From Acidobacteriota bacterium (lineage in GTDB: Bacteria > Acidobacteriota > Terriglobia > Terriglobales > Acidobacteriaceae), in NCBI GenBank assembly GCA_003224815.1, contig QHZW01000125.1, positions 4,099-42,233 on the forward strand: 38,135 nt of DNA, read 5' to 3'. A model generated the notes under the pieces. That model was given only the letters and a program-made list of their open reading frames with translations, did not search any database and was not told the DNA's origin. Position 1 is the first letter of the stretch. Every line of letters begins with the position of its first letter. Positions 8,558-16,593 of the stretch are shown in pieces. The position numbers and the translations under genes are program-made.

Positions 8558-9008
8558 GAGTAACTGGGTTTCTGCGTTGGTACGCTAGAAACGCAACATT
8601 CTTCAGACCTGTCGAATGGATGGCGTCCAAGACTGACTTTACATTGCCATACCGAGCGCGAGCATCAGCTCTGATGTACACCTTGTGCTCAGCGCCAGCG
8701 CCGAGGCGGCGGCTGATTTCTGAGGCAAGTGCCGAGGTCGCGACTTTTTTGTTAGTCATGAAAGTTGTTCCGTCCCTTGCGACAGCGATGATCATCGCTT
8801 CATCACGATTAGCACCCCAACTCAAATCACCCACTAGGACAGGATGTAGGACTCTAGGCAAGTCCAATGAATCACCAGGATAGTGGTCGCCCATAGTGGT
8901 CATGCAGCAGGCCAAAACCGCAAACATTGCAATCGCCATTACGCACGCAAAAGCATTAACGTCAGTGGAGCAAAACAACTCGGCCGTCCCTGGGCGTCTT
9001 AATGACAT
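8538..9008 (-). CDS. exbD: ExbD/TolR-family biopolymer transport protein (no ExbB/TolQ partner adjacent)
   Basis: N-terminal TM helix, then IRADARARYGNVKSVLDAIHSTGL, typical of ExbD/TolR periplasmic domains. Confidence 0.7.
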   Translation of the reverse strand: MSLRRPGTAELFCSTDVNAFACVMAIAMFAVLACCMTTMGDHYPGDSLDLPRVLHPVLVGDLSWGANRDEAMIIAVARDGTTFMTNKKVATSALASEISRRLGAGAEHKVYIRADARARYGNVKSVLDAIHSTGLKNVAFLAYQRRNPVTLNPSLP

Positions 9009-9164
9009 CTACTGGTTAGACCCCGCGTAAAAGCCCATTGTTCCACCCAGAGTCCCTAACTCACAGATACCGCCGTAACCAAGCATGGAAACTGTTGTTA
9101 GTTGGGGATAACGCTCATAATCATTCGCCGCTCTGATGCGACGGCTCCATGACTCTGGGAACTT

Positions 9165-9635
9165 CTAGTGCGACAGGTATCCCTCTTCGAGAGGCAGCTT
9201 TCCGTCCACGTGCAGCACCTTGATTTTGTCGTTGACGGAACGGACGTCCACTAGTCCCACTGCACCAGGCGTGCTCTGAACAATGCTCAGCACATCTTCG
9301 TCGGAATCGGCGAACTTCAGTTCGTCTTTGTGCTGTTTGCTCCAGGCCTGAAGCTGGGCAGGGGACATCTTGTTGAGGTGCTGCAAGGTTATGTTTTCAC
9401 CCAGTGAGGAGCGATGCAGTACCACGACGATGTCGCCTCCATCCGGCCACTTCTTCATTTCGGTGCGAAAGATCTTTCCCAGTTGTGAGGCGTTCAAATT
9501 ACTGACCGCGTTATTTTCGGAGACGACAACCGCCATGTGGTGGGCGAAACAAGGCGCGGCGGTCGCGGCAATGCTGATCAGTAAAATGAGTAACCTTGCA
9601 GTCTTCACAGATGTAGTCCTCCACTGATAAAACAT
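9165..9635 (-). CDS. Secreted short PstS/PBP-like substrate-binding-domain protein (156 aa)
   Basis: Signal peptide (LLILLISIAATAAPCFA). LNASQLGKIFRTEMKKWPDGG and STPGAVGLVD...IKVLHVDG resemble the first and last segments of PstS-like proteins. Confidence 0.55.
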   Translation of the reverse strand: MFYQWRTTSVKTARLLILLISIAATAAPCFAHHMAVVVSENNAVSNLNASQLGKIFRTEMKKWPDGGDIVVVLHRSSLGENITLQHLNKMSPAQLQAWSKQHKDELKFADSDEDVLSIVQSTPGAVGLVDVRSVNDKIKVLHVDGKLPLEEGYLSH

Positions 9636-9720
9636 AGCTTGAACTTACACGTCGGCCGTAGATGACCAAAGTCACGGCAGAGAGTCATATTGTAAAAAGA
9701 TTGTCGTGATGCGCGGGTTC

Positions 9721-9737
9721 GAAGCGAAAATCGCTTC
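9721..9737 (-). terminator. Perfect 7-bp hairpin (GAAGCGA-AAA-TCGCTTC) overlapping the EamA stop codon; weak terminator candidate
   Basis: Seen directly in the sequence. No immediate U tract; TCTTTTT lies about 20 nt further on the minus strand. Confidence 0.25.
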
Positions 9738-10722
9738 AATCAACAGGATCCACACTCGAGCAGACAACATCGGTTGTGGAACGTTGCACGACCAGGATCG
9801 AGGCCAGCACCATCACCATGCCCATCGCCTGCAAAGGCCGGACTACCTCGCGCAGCGCAACCGCAGCGATAACCACCGTGAAAACCGGTTCAAGGCAACT
9901 GGCGATGATCGCTTTGGTTGGCTGAAGGTGCTGCAGGCCAGCAAAGTAAAATGTGAACGGTATCAGGACCGACAGCACGGAAAACGCAAACAGGAAGCAC
10001 CACGCCCCCGGCGAATAATGGGCAGCTGCGATTCGCTGCGGCGGATTCACGCAAATCCAGAACAGAGATGCGGCCCAGGTCGTATAAAGCAGGACCATCC
10101 AGCGATCATAGCGGGCAAGCAGGTAATGGCCGCCAACGTTGTAATAAGCGAACGAGAATGCGGCAATCAGGGCGGCCGCAACACCCATCTGATCGAGATG
10201 TAATTTGCCCTGCCCAAAGAGGCCGATGACCAGGGCGATGCCGCCGATGGCGAGCACAACAGAAACCAACTTTGAAACTGTCGGCTTCTCGATTCGACGC
10301 GCCAGCGTGTACAACAAGACCCAGATGGGCGCAGTGTATTGCACGATGATCGCGGTAGCCACGTTGGTACGCTGAATGGCGAGATAGTAGAAGTAATTTG
10401 ATGCCGCCACGCCAAGAAGACCAAGCAGAAGAAGTTTCGCGAAGTCTGACCAGGGCAGCCGTAAGGCGCGAGGCCCGCGAATAAAGAGCAGACCAAGTCC
10501 CACCAGCAGGAATGAAAATGTGGTTCGCGCTTGCGAAAGGATAAGAGGATCGATGGCTGCAATGTTGGAGGCAGGGACCAGGCGTCCAGTGAAGGCAGCG
10601 CGTCCAAGCGAGGCAGACATCCCCCAGAAAACGGCCGAACAGGCAATGTAAATATACCCACGCAGGGGATGCACGGGATGTTTCGGGAACAGCAAGGCGG
10701 CGGTTGCGTCAGCCATGTTCAC
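9736..10722 (-). CDS. EamA/DMT-family permease
   Basis: About 10 predicted TM helices with the duplicated EamA-like layout. GTG start overlaps the OsmC stop (GTGA); ATG at 10716 is an alternative. Confidence 0.85.
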   Translation of the reverse strand: MNMADATAALLFPKHPVHPLRGYIYIACSAVFWGMSASLGRAAFTGRLVPASNIAAIDPLILSQARTTFSFLLVGLGLLFIRGPRALRLPWSDFAKLLLLGLLGVAASNYFYYLAIQRTNVATAIIVQYTAPIWVLLYTLARRIEKPTVSKLVSVVLAIGGIALVIGLFGQGKLHLDQMGVAAALIAAFSFAYYNVGGHYLLARYDRWMVLLYTTWAASLFWICVNPPQRIAAAHYSPGAWCFLFAFSVLSVLIPFTFYFAGLQHLQPTKAIIASCLEPVFTVVIAAVALREVVRPLQAMGMVMVLASILVVQRSTTDVVCSSVDPVD

Positions 10723-11123
10723 GAATCCAGTTCGATGCGATAGCTGATTTTGGCCGTCTTGCTGAGCATGATCGAAACCGAGCAGTATTTTTCTTCCGAT
10801 AATCGAACTGCGTCCTCCACAGCCTTGTGTGAAACCTTTCCCCGAATTTTGTACAGCAACTTGATTTCGGCATAAACACGCGGCGACTGAGTCGCCTTTT
10901 CTGCCTCGGCGCTAACTTCAACGGCGGTGAAGGGCTCGCGCTTCTTCTGCAGAATGCTGACTACGTCGTAGGCAGTGCATCCACAAAGGGCCATCAAAAC
11001 CAGATCGGTGGGACTGTTAGCAGTCTTGCTATCGCCGTCTACTGGCACAGTAAATCCGGCGTTGCCAGTGCAGTTGAACCGGAACTGCTCAGTCCATTTT
11101 GCAGCTGCGACGTACATATTCAT
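10719..11123 (-). CDS. OsmC/Ohr-family peroxiredoxin-like protein
   Basis: LMALCGCTAYDV and EKYCSVSIML, the two conserved Cys segments. ATGA overlap with the CDF gene stop. Confidence 0.85.
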   Translation of the reverse strand: MNMYVAAAKWTEQFRFNCTGNAGFTVPVDGDSKTANSPTDLVLMALCGCTAYDVVSILQKKREPFTAVEVSAEAEKATQSPRVYAEIKLLYKIRGKVSHKAVEDAVRLSEEKYCSVSIMLSKTAKISYRIELDS

Positions 11124-12559
11124 CTCCTGTTATCAGTGCTAGGTTCTGGGTGAATCAACACCCGAAACAACTCCGGCGCTTCCTGCTTAAAGCGGATTTC
11201 CAGTGCGGTTGACGCATCGTGAACCCGCGACAGCGGCAACTCGTCGGGAAAGGTGCAGTGGCATGAGACATAGAGATGATCTCGGACGCGCTTCACCTCA
11301 ATGTCGTGCATATCCAGAATTTCAGGAAATTCATGGGCGACCGCTTTCAGGCGGGATTCCAACTGCGCGTCACGTTGCATCTGTTCGCCTTGCTCAATGG
11401 TCGAAGGCTCACTCTCGATGTGGGTCAGGATGGAAGCAATTTCTGGCACTTGCTGCCGAATTTCTTCTTCGAGGGCAGTCACCTGGTCGTGGGCATCTTT
11501 GAGCGGCAAACGCTCGTCCATTTCGAGATGCTGCTCAACGTGCAGGCGCCCATCCAGATCCTGAATGCTGACATCGTGCACATTGACGTTGTGGCGGGTG
11601 GCAACGCCGCGCACACGGTCGAAAATGTTTTCAGCCGAAGGGGCCCGCGGAATCGAATGGACGACAACATCTGTGTTGGGTAGAACCTGGTGAACTGTCC
11701 GCGTGACCTCGTCCGCTACCTGCCCAGATTTTTGAAAAGTTACGTTGCGGGCGAGGCCAACTGAAACATCGGCGAAATATCGATTTCCGGCACGCCGAAT
11801 GCGCACGCGATCCACTTCGAGCAGGCCCTCGACTCCGCGAAGTGCGTTGATGATCTTGCTGCGCGCACCCGCAGGAGCGGTATCGAGCAAAGCGTCTATG
11901 GTTTTGAGCGCAAGCCGGGCGCTGACCAGAATGATCACCCCTGCCACAAAAAGCGCAGCAGTGGGGTCGGCTTCGGCCAGCCATGGAATTTGCAGCCTTC
12001 GTCCGACTAAAACGAGCAAAAGACCAAGCGCCACCACGCCGCTGGACCAGATGTCCGTCGAAAAATGAAGCGCGTCGGCCTGTAAGGCTTGACTGTCGTA
12101 TTTCGCCGCAATCTTTCCTAGCGCCCGCGAACGCCAGAAGTCAACGGCCATTGACACAAACATCACCGAGAAAGCAATGAGCGTCGGCTCAATTGCTACG
12201 TGGTGAAAGAACAGGCGCTTGCAAGCTTCGTACACGATTACAGCGCACGTGAGCAGCAGCAGTCCTGTTTCAATAAATGCAGAGAAATTTTCGATCTTTC
12301 CATGACCGTACTGATGGTCAGCGTCGGCAGGTTTGTCCGATACGCGGACCGAGAAAAGAGTCACCGCTGCTGCGATCAGATCAAGGCCGGAGTGGGCAGC
12401 CTCCGACAAAATGCCGAGACTGCCGGTGCCCAGCCCAACGATGATCTTTAAGGTTGTGATCGCGAGCGCGGCAATGAGGGAATTCATCGCAACGGAACGC
12501 TTCTCTGCCCGCATGGCCTGCGAAGAAAATTCTGGCCCGAAAATCGCGGGGGCGCCCAT
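11120..12559 (-). CDS. Cation diffusion facilitator (CDF) metal efflux transporter with three tandem C-terminal cytoplasmic domains
   Basis: TM2 AAHSGLD and TM5 LHFSTD metal-site motifs, then three repeats of the CDF C-terminal domain pattern. Start may be an internal Met (MRAEK). Confidence 0.9.
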   Translation of the reverse strand: MGAPAIFGPEFSSQAMRAEKRSVAMNSLIAALAITTLKIIVGLGTGSLGILSEAAHSGLDLIAAAVTLFSVRVSDKPADADHQYGHGKIENFSAFIETGLLLLTCAVIVYEACKRLFFHHVAIEPTLIAFSVMFVSMAVDFWRSRALGKIAAKYDSQALQADALHFSTDIWSSGVVALGLLLVLVGRRLQIPWLAEADPTAALFVAGVIILVSARLALKTIDALLDTAPAGARSKIINALRGVEGLLEVDRVRIRRAGNRYFADVSVGLARNVTFQKSGQVADEVTRTVHQVLPNTDVVVHSIPRAPSAENIFDRVRGVATRHNVNVHDVSIQDLDGRLHVEQHLEMDERLPLKDAHDQVTALEEEIRQQVPEIASILTHIESEPSTIEQGEQMQRDAQLESRLKAVAHEFPEILDMHDIEVKRVRDHLYVSCHCTFPDELPLSRVHDASTALEIRFKQEAPELFRVLIHPEPSTDNRR

Positions 12560-12615
12560 TTCTGCATTATCGCTGAAAGACTAGAGCGTTGTTAGATCGA
12601 CAGCCAGTCTCCCGG

Positions 12616-14193
12616 TCACTGCTTTTTCGTTAGTGCCTTCTTGGGCTTGGCTGCGGTTTTTTTCGACGGGGGAGTTTTCTTCGCCGTCTTTGCCGAGGCC
12701 GGTTGCTTAGTGGGAGCAACGGGGAAAGGCTTCTTGGGCGGTGCAGGCGCAGGTTTAGCGGGGGCCGGAGTTTTGGCCGTAGGTACGGGAGCTGGTGCGG
12801 CGCCTTTGCCCTTCTTCTTTCCGGCAGCCGCTGCGGGCGTAGCCGGAGCAGATTGCGCTGCCGCGGCTGCGGCCTTTGCTCCTCGTCCGCGCCGAGGCGG
12901 AGGCGGAGGTGGTGGCGGTGGCGGCGCAAGCGGCTTCAGGAATTTCAAGATTTCAGTGTGCGACCGCAGCTTGCCATCCAGCAACAGCATGAAAACTTCT
13001 TCGGCAATCTTCGGATACTCCGGCAACTGCGGAGTAATCAGCAGCTCCGTCATTTCAGGAAGCGGAATTTTCTGCTGAACCTGACGCCACTTGGTAAAGA
13101 AATTTTTGATCTTCTGCTCAACCGCCTGCTGCCGTGAGGTCACGGCCAAATACAACACCATGTCTTGGCGAGCGCCGGAAAGCAGCTTCCATGTACGCGA
13201 CGGTGTTGCGGCTTCTTTGCCAGTAAGGCGTTTCGCCAGTTCCTTCGCGTGCAGGCCGAGGTCGCGCCAGGCTTGTGCCAGGTCACGCCGGGGAATCATC
13301 TTGCGAATATCCGCTGTTTCCTTCTCGGTCAATTTGGCGGTCAGAAATTCAAGCACCGCGGGTGCAGGATCGGGAGCGTATCCGAGGTCGACCATCTGCT
13401 GGCGCGTCTTCATCAGGGCCGAAAGATTGTTTGTGTCCACTTTGGCTGTTGTCCAGTGCGGACTCAAAACCTTCAGCCAGCCCTCCTTCTCGAGCACCCG
13501 GACGACGTTCAGGGGATCGTCTTCATACGCCAGTTGCTCGATTTCGTATCCGACGGAGCGGTGGCTGATGTACTCGATGTAATTATTTTCTTTTGCCGAG
13601 TCGTACCGGGCCTGGGTGCGTTCTTCGAAAGGCCATTGAAAACGCGCAGAAAATCGCGAAGCGCGAATCAGGCGGGACGGATCTTCCACAAAAGCGTAGT
13701 TGTGGAGAATCCTAACCAGCTTGGCTTCGATATCGGCCGCGCCATTGAAAGGGTCCATCAGCAGGCCGCGCGAACCCGGGTTCAATGAAAGCGCCATCGC
13801 GTTTACGGTAAAGTCGCGACGCCGCAAATCTTCGATTATCGTAGCTGGAGTGATTACGGGAGGCTTGCCGGTTTTCTCGTAACGCTCGAGGCGAGCGCTA
13901 CTGATTTCGGCGCGCACGCCGCCCGGCAAAGTGACGTAAACGACCTCAAAGTCGTCGTCAGCTCCGCCGAGGACCGAACCTGCCCGCTCCAGTTCCTTTT
14001 GCAGTTTGAGGGGATTACCTTGGACGGTGAAATCCAGGTCGCGGATGGGGAAGCCGCTGATGATGTCGCGAACCGCCCCGCCGGTCAGATAGATATTCAT
14101 GCCGGCGGCACGGGCCACGTCCTGGACAAGCATGACGCCCTTCTGCTGGTTCGGCGTCAGCCGCAATTCCATTGTGTATATGTAGTCAGCCAT
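12616..14193 (-). CDS. CCA-adding enzyme / poly(A) polymerase-family nucleotidyltransferase with a Pro10 run and a Lys/Ala/Pro-rich basic tail
   Basis: YLTGGAVRDII and RDLDFTV head-domain motifs, RRRDFTVNAM, and a low-complexity tail over about the last 105 aa. Confidence 0.85.
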   Translation of the reverse strand: MADYIYTMELRLTPNQQKGVMLVQDVARAAGMNIYLTGGAVRDIISGFPIRDLDFTVQGNPLKLQKELERAGSVLGGADDDFEVVYVTLPGGVRAEISSARLERYEKTGKPPVITPATIIEDLRRRDFTVNAMALSLNPGSRGLLMDPFNGAADIEAKLVRILHNYAFVEDPSRLIRASRFSARFQWPFEERTQARYDSAKENNYIEYISHRSVGYEIEQLAYEDDPLNVVRVLEKEGWLKVLSPHWTTAKVDTNNLSALMKTRQQMVDLGYAPDPAPAVLEFLTAKLTEKETADIRKMIPRRDLAQAWRDLGLHAKELAKRLTGKEAATPSRTWKLLSGARQDMVLYLAVTSRQQAVEQKIKNFFTKWRQVQQKIPLPEMTELLITPQLPEYPKIAEEVFMLLLDGKLRSHTEILKFLKPLAPPPPPPPPPPRRGRGAKAAAAAAQSAPATPAAAAGKKKGKGAAPAPVPTAKTPAPAKPAPAPPKKPFPVAPTKQPASAKTAKKTPPSKKTAAKPKKALTKKQ

Positions 14194-14461
14194 TCTTGGT
14201 CTTGAAATGCTGCACTACAACCGACCTGCCCCTCCGGCGAGCGCACAAAATGATGCACCGCGCATTGAGAAGGATTTCAACAGCCTGTGGAAATCATGGT
14301 GCTCTACTCTGTAAGTGCTTTTATATGAGCAGGTTGGTTTCATTCCGCGAGATCTGCGAAGTACAAAAAATATCACAACGTTATTGTTTTGGCTACTGTG
14401 AAGGCAGATACCTCAATGTTCTGCGCGAGGAAATGCGAGAATCAGAAGTCGAACTAGCCTC

Positions 14462-14938
14462 ATGCCCTCTACTCATAAGAAGGTGATCGTCCGGAAAATC
14501 GACCGCGACACGGTGAACGGATACGTGTCGCCGGCGCATTTTGTCCACGATGGCAAGCTGGAACTTCTCAATACCAGCGGCAACGTCGTAGTCATTGAGC
14601 TTTCGGACATCAAGTGTGCGTTCTTTGTGCGGGAGTTTGGGGAAACGGAATCGCTGTCGCGGAAGACCTTCACCACACGTCCTCGTGCTGAAGGTTTGTG
14701 GGTACGAATCAAGTTCAAAGATGGCGAGATTCTCGAAGGGCTGATGCCAAATGACCTCAGCCTCACAACCGCGGAAGGATTTCTTATCAATCCACCTGAT
14801 CTCCGGTCGAATGTGCAGCGCCTGTTCGTGCCGCGTGGCGCGCTGGAATCTCTGACGGTGCTCGCGGTGATCGGAGCGAGCCGTCGCCAGCGCCGGGGAC
14901 CGGAGGACGTACGACAGGTGCCGATGTTCGGCGAATAG
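14462..14938 (+). CDS. Hypothetical protein (158 aa) with two similar beta-rich halves, immediately upstream of the AAA+/vWA pair
   Basis: Clean ORF in a same-strand cluster. Halves VIVRKIDRDTVNGYV... and LWVRIKFKDGEILEGLM... look related. Family not recognised. Confidence 0.6.
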   Translation: MPSTHKKVIVRKIDRDTVNGYVSPAHFVHDGKLELLNTSGNVVVIELSDIKCAFFVREFGETESLSRKTFTTRPRAEGLWVRIKFKDGEILEGLMPNDLSLTTAEGFLINPPDLRSNVQRLFVPRGALESLTVLAVIGASRRQRRGPEDVRQVPMFGE

Positions 14939-15028
14939 CATCGAGTTCCAAAGCCTGCTTCGACGCCCGGACGCTGACTCCTGGGGGCGTATAATCCCGT
15001 AGTTGTTGGTTTTGTGGAGTCCGATTCG

Positions 15029-16522
15029 ATGAGTTTCCCTCGAACGCTCGGCGAACTGCGCCGAAGCCCCTTTTCTGAAGATGTCCTTCGCACCCGCAGA
15101 GTCAAAGATGAGCTGCGCGACAACTTGATTGCGCGTCTGCGCAAGCACAGCGATGATTCGATTTTTCCTGGCATCGTCGGTTACGACGACAGCGTGGTGC
15201 CGCAGATCATTAATGCGATTCTGTCGCGTCACAATTTTATTCTTCTGGGATTAAGGGGCCAGGCCAAGAGCCGTATTCTGCGCGCGCTCACTTCCCTGCT
15301 CGATCCGCACATGCCGTATCTCTCGGGATGCGAGATTCACGACAATCCATACGATCCAATTTGCCGGCGTTGCCAGGAATTAATCGCCGAGTGCGGCGAA
15401 AGCAGCGCGATCGCATTTCTAACACCTGAAGAGCGATACGTGGAGAAGCTTGCAACGCCGGACGTTACCATCGCTGATTTGATTGGCGATATTGATCCAA
15501 TCAAGGCCGCGCGAGGCGGCCACGAGCTTGCCAGCGAACTGACCGTGCACTACGGACTGCTTCCGCGCGCCAATCGTGGCATCTTTGCTGTCAACGAATT
15601 GCCTGATCTGGCCGGCAAAATTCAGGTTGGCCTCTTCAACATCATGCAGGAAGGCGATGTACAGATAAAAGGCTACCCGGTACGGCTCCCGCTTGATTTG
15701 GCGCTGGTGTTCAGCGCCAATCCCGAGGACTACACGGCACGCGGCAAGATCATCACGCCGCTGAAAGACCGCATCGGATCAGAGATCCGTACGCATTATC
15801 CGGCGACAGTCGAAGAAGGCATCACGATTACGGCTCAGGAAGCATGGGCCGCCCGCGACGGCAACAAGGCAGTGGTTCCAAAATATGTGCGCGAGGTGGT
15901 GGAGCGGGTCGCGTTCGCCGCACGAGAGGACAAACGAATTGACAAGCGTTCAGGAGTGAGCCAGCGATTGCCGATTTCGTGCATGGAAAATGTGATCTCG
16001 AACGCCGAGCGCAGGGCGATTTCTCATGATGAAAAGGTCGTTGTGCCGCGTATCAGCGATATTTACGCTGCACTTCCGGCCATTACGGGCAAGCTAGAGC
16101 TTGAATACGAAGGTGAGATGAAAGGCGCGGACTTCGTTGCACGGGAGCTGATTCGAAGTGCGATTGCTAAAGCCTACGATCAGTATTTCAGCGGGGCCAA
16201 CATGCAACAGGTAGTGCAGTGGTTTGATCTGGGTGGCGAGATGCAAGTCGCCGAAGGTGCCGCTGCCGCCGACGTGCTTCAATCATTGCGCGGCATTCAG
16301 GGGTTAATGGACAAGCTCACACGTGTGAATGTCGGCCCAAAGGACAGCGTAGAAGCCCAGGTCTCAGCCGCGGAATTCGTTCTTGAAGGTCTCCACGCGC
16401 ACAAGCGCATCGGGCGCAACGAAGAGCGCGTGTTCATCGCAGGAGAAAAGCAACCTCGAATCGCGGAGAAGCCATTCGAGCGCGAGGACATTCCCTATAG
16501 GCCGAGAAGGCCGTTGAACTAG
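15029..16522 (+). CDS. ChlI/BchI-like (Mg-chelatase subunit I-type) AAA+ ATPase of unknown function
   Basis: P-loop-like GLRGQAKS, Walker-B-like GIFAVNELPDL, ANPEDYTARGKIITPLKDR. ATG at 15029 preferred over GTG at 15014. Confidence 0.85.
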   Translation: MSFPRTLGELRRSPFSEDVLRTRRVKDELRDNLIARLRKHSDDSIFPGIVGYDDSVVPQIINAILSRHNFILLGLRGQAKSRILRALTSLLDPHMPYLSGCEIHDNPYDPICRRCQELIAECGESSAIAFLTPEERYVEKLATPDVTIADLIGDIDPIKAARGGHELASELTVHYGLLPRANRGIFAVNELPDLAGKIQVGLFNIMQEGDVQIKGYPVRLPLDLALVFSANPEDYTARGKIITPLKDRIGSEIRTHYPATVEEGITITAQEAWAARDGNKAVVPKYVREVVERVAFAAREDKRIDKRSGVSQRLPISCMENVISNAERRAISHDEKVVVPRISDIYAALPAITGKLELEYEGEMKGADFVARELIRSAIAKAYDQYFSGANMQQVVQWFDLGGEMQVAEGAAAADVLQSLRGIQGLMDKLTRVNVGPKDSVEAQVSAAEFVLEGLHAHKRIGRNEERVFIAGEKQPRIAEKPFEREDIPYRPRRPLN

Positions 16523-16593
16523 GCATCAGGCTGCGGGAGTCAGGCTTTGGGACTAATGCTGACCCTAATGACTGACGCCTGACGCCCGGTTTT

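Noticed and set aside
9711-9737. GGGTTCGAAGC resembling a tRNA T-arm
   Set aside because: No acceptor, D or anticodon arms can be built around it. It is part of a simple 7-bp hairpin at the EamA stop codon.
12630-13137. Several plus- and minus-strand ORFs with Gly-, Arg- or Pro-rich translations
   Set aside because: These are alternative-frame or antisense readings of the Pro/Ala/Lys-rich tail of the nucleotidyltransferase gene. They are low-complexity artefacts.
14393-15232. 279-aa ORF on the minus strand
   Set aside because: It is antisense to the 158-aa gene and the AAA+ gene start. The translation is Arg/Ser-rich and motif-free, typical of a shadow ORF opposite GC-rich coding sequence.
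16523-16593. Short direct repeats (TCAGGC x2, CTAATG x2, CTGACGCC x2) between the AAA+ and vWA genes
   Set aside because: The repeats are 6-8 nt and give only a 7-bp stem with a ~30-nt loop. That is too weak to call a structured element by eye.
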